Assembly: GCA_965552055.1 (NCBI GenBank)
Contig: CBEVQO010000003.1
Location: forward strand, 160,001-224,000
Length of the DNA stretch: 64,000 nt
Source: an uncultured bacterium
GTDB taxonomy: Bacteria; Hydrothermota; UBA3073; NMUJ01; CBEVQO01
Direction of reading: 5' to 3'
Positions 59,832-64,000 of this stretch are shown here, piece by piece. A program made the translations under genes and the position numbers. The notes under the pieces were generated by a model. It saw only the letters and a list, made by a program, of their open reading frames with translations. It ran no database searches and was not told where the DNA came from. Each line of letters starts with the position of its first letter. The first letter of the stretch is position 1.

Positions 59832-61064
59832 ATGAGAGTAAGCATTGTTGGATTCGGTAGAGCCGGTAAATCATGTGCCGAATTTTTGCATAAAAAAGGT
59901 TTTGAAATTTTTATAAGTGAAAAGGAAAACATAGAAATCCCTGAATGGGCAGAAGGAGAAACAGGCTGTCATACGGAAAAAATTTTGAATGCCGATTTTA
60001 TAGTTTGCAGTCCCGGAGTGCCTGATTTACCTGTTTTTGAAAAAGCAAAGAAAATGGGAATACCTGTAGTTGATGAAATAGAAATAGGTTTTAAATATTG
60101 CAAAAACAAAACAGTAGCCATAACCGGAACAAATGGCAAGACAACAACCTGTTATCTGTTAAAAAACATTTTGGATAAAGCAGGTAAAAAAGCGGTAATC
60201 GCAGGGAATATGGGGATACCTTTTACCGGAATAGTTAACGATTTGAAAGGAGATGAAATTGTGATTCTTGAAGTAAGTTCCTTTCAATTGCGAAGAATAA
60301 ATAAATTTCGACCTTATATAGGGATGATTTTGAACATTTCCGAGGACCATCTGGATAAACATAAAGATTTTGAGGAGTATGTTAATGCAAAATTTAGGAT
60401 TTTTGAGAATCAAAAAGAAGAAGATTTTGCCTTATTGAATGAAAATTTAAAAGGATATTCCCATGTTCAGCGGATAAAATCGCAAATTTTTTGGCTTTCG
60501 GAGGTGGATTATCCTGTATTATGGCGTTGCTGGCGTTTAGATGCTACATTTGCTGCAAAAGCTGCAGAAATCTTGAGCTGTAATAAAGATGCAATAGAAG
60601 AAGGGATAAAAACTTACAAGGGAGTGCCTCATCGTCTTGAACTGGTAGCGGAATTTGAAGGAAGATTTTTTGTAAATAATTCTATGTGCACAAATCCCGA
60701 AGCTTTTGAAAAATCATTGTTATCTTTTGACAAAAAGCCGATAGTTATATGCGGTGGAAAGGATAAAGGTTTCGGCGTAGAGAGAATTTGCCCTGCACTA
60801 AAAGAAAATGCAAAATTTGCAATCTTAATCGGTGAAACAAAAGAAAAAATTTCCGAAAAATTACGGAAATTAAAGTACAAAAATTTCCGAATTGTTGAAG
60901 ATATGTGTGAGGCTGTTTTTGAAGCTTTTTCTGTGAGTTCAAGAGGTGATTATATCGTTTTGAATCCGGGTTTTGCGAGTTTTGATCAATTTAAAGATTT
61001 CGCAGATAGGGGGGAAAAATTCAAGAATTGCGTTCAAAATTTGATTTCGGTTTATTCTTCGTAG
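59832..61064 (+). CDS. murD: UDP-MurNAc-L-Ala--D-Glu ligase
   Basis: SPGVP, TGTNGKTT, EVSSFQL, DHLD, PHRLE, ASFDQF. Confidence 0.95.
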   Translation: MRVSIVGFGRAGKSCAEFLHKKGFEIFISEKENIEIPEWAEGETGCHTEKILNADFIVCSPGVPDLPVFEKAKKMGIPVVDEIEIGFKYCKNKTVAITGTNGKTTTCYLLKNILDKAGKKAVIAGNMGIPFTGIVNDLKGDEIVILEVSSFQLRRINKFRPYIGMILNISEDHLDKHKDFEEYVNAKFRIFENQKEEDFALLNENLKGYSHVQRIKSQIFWLSEVDYPVLWRCWRLDATFAAKAAEILSCNKDAIEEGIKTYKGVPHRLELVAEFEGRFFVNNSMCTNPEAFEKSLLSFDKKPIVICGGKDKGFGVERICPALKENAKFAILIGETKEKISEKLRKLKYKNFRIVEDMCEAVFEAFSVSSRGDYIVLNPGFASFDQFKDFADRGEKFKNCVQNLISVYSS

Positions 61065-62086
61065 TTTTGATACTCGGTTTTTGGGGATGCATAATGGTTT
61101 ATTCTGCAACAATGTATGCTTTGCTTTGTGGCGTACCTTCAGAGAAATACTTGCAAAAACAATTTTTGTTGCTCATTTTTGCAGTGATAATTTGCTTATT
61201 TTTTTCGAAACTAAACTATAAAGTCCTCGATAAATTTGCTTTACCAATTTATTTTATCGTATTTTTATTTCTGGTTGCTGTTTTATTTCAAAAGGGGTAT
61301 AGAGGGGTTCACAGGTGGTTAAAAGTGTGGAAGATAACTTTTCAGCCTTCGATGCTCGCAAAATATGCCATAATCATTTTTGTGTCGCACATTTTGAAAG
61401 ATGAGGAAAGAGTAAAATCTTTTAAACGAGGTGTTTTACCTGTTATCGCTTTTACTTTAATTTATGGAGCACTTCTTGGTCTTGAACCTTCAATGGGCAT
61501 GATGGTTTTGATAACTTTAACAGCAATCGCTACGATGATAATAAGCGGAGTTAAACCCAAATACATTTTATTGATAGTACTTTTACTAATTGGTGGCTTT
61601 ATATTTGCTGCTTACAAAATACCTTATGTTAAGCACAGGATAGATTTGTTTTTAAATAGAAGTAGCGGACAGGTTAGGACTGCGATTCTTGGTATAGGTA
61701 GTGGTGGTCTTTTAGGCGTGGGTCTTGGTTCAGGGAGATGTAAAATGCTTGTGGTAGCTTATCCCCATACAGATTTTATGTTTGCTACAATAGCAGAAGA
61801 ACTTGGGTTTGTAGGTGTAGTGATGTTATTTTTCCTTTATTTTGCACTAATGGTAAGGGGTTTCAAAATAGCGTTAAAAGCACCTGATAGATTTTCATCC
61901 CTGCTTTCTTTCGGTATTACATTCTGTATAGTTTTAAATGCTATAATTCATATTGCGGTATCCACCGGTTTATGTCCTCCTACAGGTCTTCCTTTACCTT
62001 TTTTGAGCGCAAGCGGCAGTGCGCTTGTTAGTGATTTTGCTGCAGTGGGTATTCTTTTGAATATCTCGAAGAAAAGAATAGAATGA
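61028..62086 (+). CDS. ftsW: SEDS peptidoglycan polymerase FtsW
   Basis: RW, FQPS, HTDFMFA..AEELG, TGLPLPFLS. Confidence 0.93.
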   Translation: MRSKFDFGLFFVVLILGFWGCIMVYSATMYALLCGVPSEKYLQKQFLLLIFAVIICLFFSKLNYKVLDKFALPIYFIVFLFLVAVLFQKGYRGVHRWLKVWKITFQPSMLAKYAIIIFVSHILKDEERVKSFKRGVLPVIAFTLIYGALLGLEPSMGMMVLITLTAIATMIISGVKPKYILLIVLLLIGGFIFAAYKIPYVKHRIDLFLNRSSGQVRTAILGIGSGGLLGVGLGSGRCKMLVVAYPHTDFMFATIAEELGFVGVVMLFFLYFALMVRGFKIALKAPDRFSSLLSFGITFCIVLNAIIHIAVSTGLCPPTGLPLPFLSASGSALVSDFAAVGILLNISKKRIE

Positions 62087-63120
62087 AAAAGATTTTAATA
62101 GCAGGCGGTGGCACAGGAGGTCATATCTTTCCAGCGATAGCAATCGCAGAGGAACTAAAAAATTTGAACTTTGAACCAGTTTTAGTGGGTTCAAGATGGG
62201 GGATAGAAGGGAATATTTTTCCGAAATATCCTTTTAAGTATTATCTAACTCATCAAATGGGCTTTGTTGGGAAGAACTTTATTCGGAAAATTTTCTCAAT
62301 CATAAATTTCCTAATCGCTATTTTTGAAGTTTTGGTTATAATTTTTAAGGAAAAACCTGCTGCTGTTGTAGGTACAGGCGGTTATGCTTCATTTTTGCCT
62401 GTTTTCTTTTTATCTTTAATGGGAAAACCTTCGTTAATAACGGAGATAGATTCGATACCCGGTTTTGTTACGAAATTTTTAAGCAGGTTTGTCCGTGAAG
62501 TTCATGTAGCATTTCCCACAGTTAAGTATTATCTTCCTTGCAGGAAGATTCGGCATTCAGGTTTCCCTATTCGTCGTTCTATTTTAAGCAGTAAAGGGGA
62601 AACAGAGAGGGGGTCAATTTTTATACTCGGGGGGTCGCAGGGTTCCCTGAAACTCAACCTTATAGCAAAAGATTTGCCAAAATATTTACCGAAAAAATTC
62701 AGAATAATATGGCAAAAAGGAAGATTTTCCGAAAAAATTCCAGAAATTAAAGATGAAAGGGTTGAGGTTTATGAATTTATAGATGATATGGGCAAATTTT
62801 TGCGTCGCGCGGAATTAATAGTTGCACGAGCAGGTGCTCTAACAATAGGTGAAATCGCAGTTTTAGGTAAACCGTCAATTTTGATACCTTTCCCTTATTC
62901 TGCAAGAGGGCATCAGCTACACAATGCCTTATATTATAAGCAATTAGGTGCATGTGAAATTATTTTGGAAAAAGACTTGACAGCCCCATATCTTGCACAA
63001 AAAATAATAGATATGATGTCTTCTCCTGAAAAGTTGAGAAAAATGTCTTATTCGGCAAAAAAATTCGGAAAAATTTCCACAAAAATAATTGCTGAAAGGA
63101 TAAGATGTTTCGTCACATAA
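62083..63120 (+). CDS. murG: MurG glycosyltransferase
   Basis: GGGTGGHIFP, GTGGY, GGSQG, RAGA, HQ..NA. Confidence 0.96.
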   Translation: MKKILIAGGGTGGHIFPAIAIAEELKNLNFEPVLVGSRWGIEGNIFPKYPFKYYLTHQMGFVGKNFIRKIFSIINFLIAIFEVLVIIFKEKPAAVVGTGGYASFLPVFFLSLMGKPSLITEIDSIPGFVTKFLSRFVREVHVAFPTVKYYLPCRKIRHSGFPIRRSILSSKGETERGSIFILGGSQGSLKLNLIAKDLPKYLPKKFRIIWQKGRFSEKIPEIKDERVEVYEFIDDMGKFLRRAELIVARAGALTIGEIAVLGKPSILIPFPYSARGHQLHNALYYKQLGACEIILEKDLTAPYLAQKIIDMMSSPEKLRKMSYSAKKFGKISTKIIAERIRCFVT

Positions 63121-64000
63121 AGAAAATACATTTCATAGGCATTGGTGGAATCGGAATGAGTGGAATTGCCGAATTGCTTCATAATATGGGGTTCGAAATT
63201 TCGGGTTCTGACCTGAAAAGGACTCCTATAACCGATAGGCTGAAAGGGATAGGGATAGATGTTAAAATCGGACATTCTCCTGAATATGTGAGAGGGAAAG
63301 ATCTGGTTGTTTACTCATCTGCTGTTAAAGATGACAATATTGAACTGCGGGAAGCCCGTGCTCTTGGTATACCCTGTATTCCCCGTGCAGAGATGCTGGG
63401 CGAACTTATGCGGTTGAAAGAAAGTATTGCTGTGACAGGTACTCATGGCAAAACAACTACGACTTCTATAATTGCCACGATATTTGATAAAGCGGGACTT
63501 GACCCCACTATAATCGTTGGTGGTAAATTAAAATCTTTACGGACAAACGCTAAACTCGGTGAAGGTAAATTTTTGATTTGTGAAGTTGACGAAAGTGATA
63601 AATTATTTTTAAATATGACACCTGTTCTTTCTGTAATTACATCGATAGATGATGATCATCTGGATAACTATAGGGATATTGATGAGATAAAGGATGCTTT
63701 CTTGCAATTTGCCAACAGAGTGCCGTTTTATGGAGCTGTTTTTTTATGCGCAGATGATAGGAATGTGAGGGAGATAGTATCCGGTATCAAAAGGAGATAT
63801 TTGACTTATGGCTTGAGTGAAGATGCAAGAGTTAGGGGTGAAATTTTGAATACCAATTTTGAATCTGTTTTTGAGGTGTGGGTGAATGGCGATTATCTTG
63901 GCAAGTTTAGATTAAGGCTACCCGGTATTTACAATGTTCAAAATGCACTGGCAGGCATTGCAGTTGCACTTGAGGTTGAGATACCTGTATCTGTGATAAG
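63105..64000 (+). CDS. murC: UDP-MurNAc--L-alanine ligase (3' end outside window; not in ORF track)
   Basis: MFRHIRKIHFIGIGGIGMSGIA, GTHGKTTT, EVDESD, DHLD. Confidence 0.95.
   Translation, partial: MFRHIKKIHFIGIGGIGMSGIAELLHNMGFEISGSDLKRTPITDRLKGIGIDVKIGHSPEYVRGKDLVVYSSAVKDDNIELREARALGIPCIPRAEMLGELMRLKESIAVTGTHGKTTTTSIIATIFDKAGLDPTIIVGGKLKSLRTNAKLGEGKFLICEVDESDKLFLNMTPVLSVITSIDDDHLDNYRDIDEIKDAFLQFANRVPFYGAVFLCADDRNVREIVSGIKRRYLTYGLSEDARVRGEILNTNFESVFEVWVNGDYLGKFRLRLPGIYNVQNALAGIAVALEVEIPVSVI

Overview
AT-rich, very gene-dense bacterial chromosome segment. It comes from a diderm (LptD; MurE DNPR motif indicating meso-DAP) and probably anaerobic organism. T9SS/FlgD-type C-terminal domains, a GWxTD protein and a Gld-like ABC system suggest an FCB-adjacent lineage such as WOR-3 (inference only). 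Most genes are housekeeping: asnS, rplI/rpsR/ssb/rpsF, purA, metH-like, ribF, valS, gcvPB, ispH/plsC/cmk, dprA, lptD, def, aspS, panB, thiL, pyrD/pyrF and the dcw cluster rsmH to murC. I found no tRNA, rRNA, CRISPR array, transposase or prophage. The most unusual signals are in expression and export sequences. (1) Almost every transcription unit starts with a TTGACA-like box followed by a 15-bp (not 17-bp) spacer and TAnnnT. (2) Start codons usually lie 4-9 nt after that -10 box, implying leaderless mRNAs. (3) Several exported proteins have only 7-10 residue hydrophobic N-termini instead of normal signal peptides. (4) GC-rich hairpin/G-tract elements sit between divergent promoters. (5) A secreted beta-helix protein has tandem repeats that vary at codon positions 1-2 while keeping position 3.
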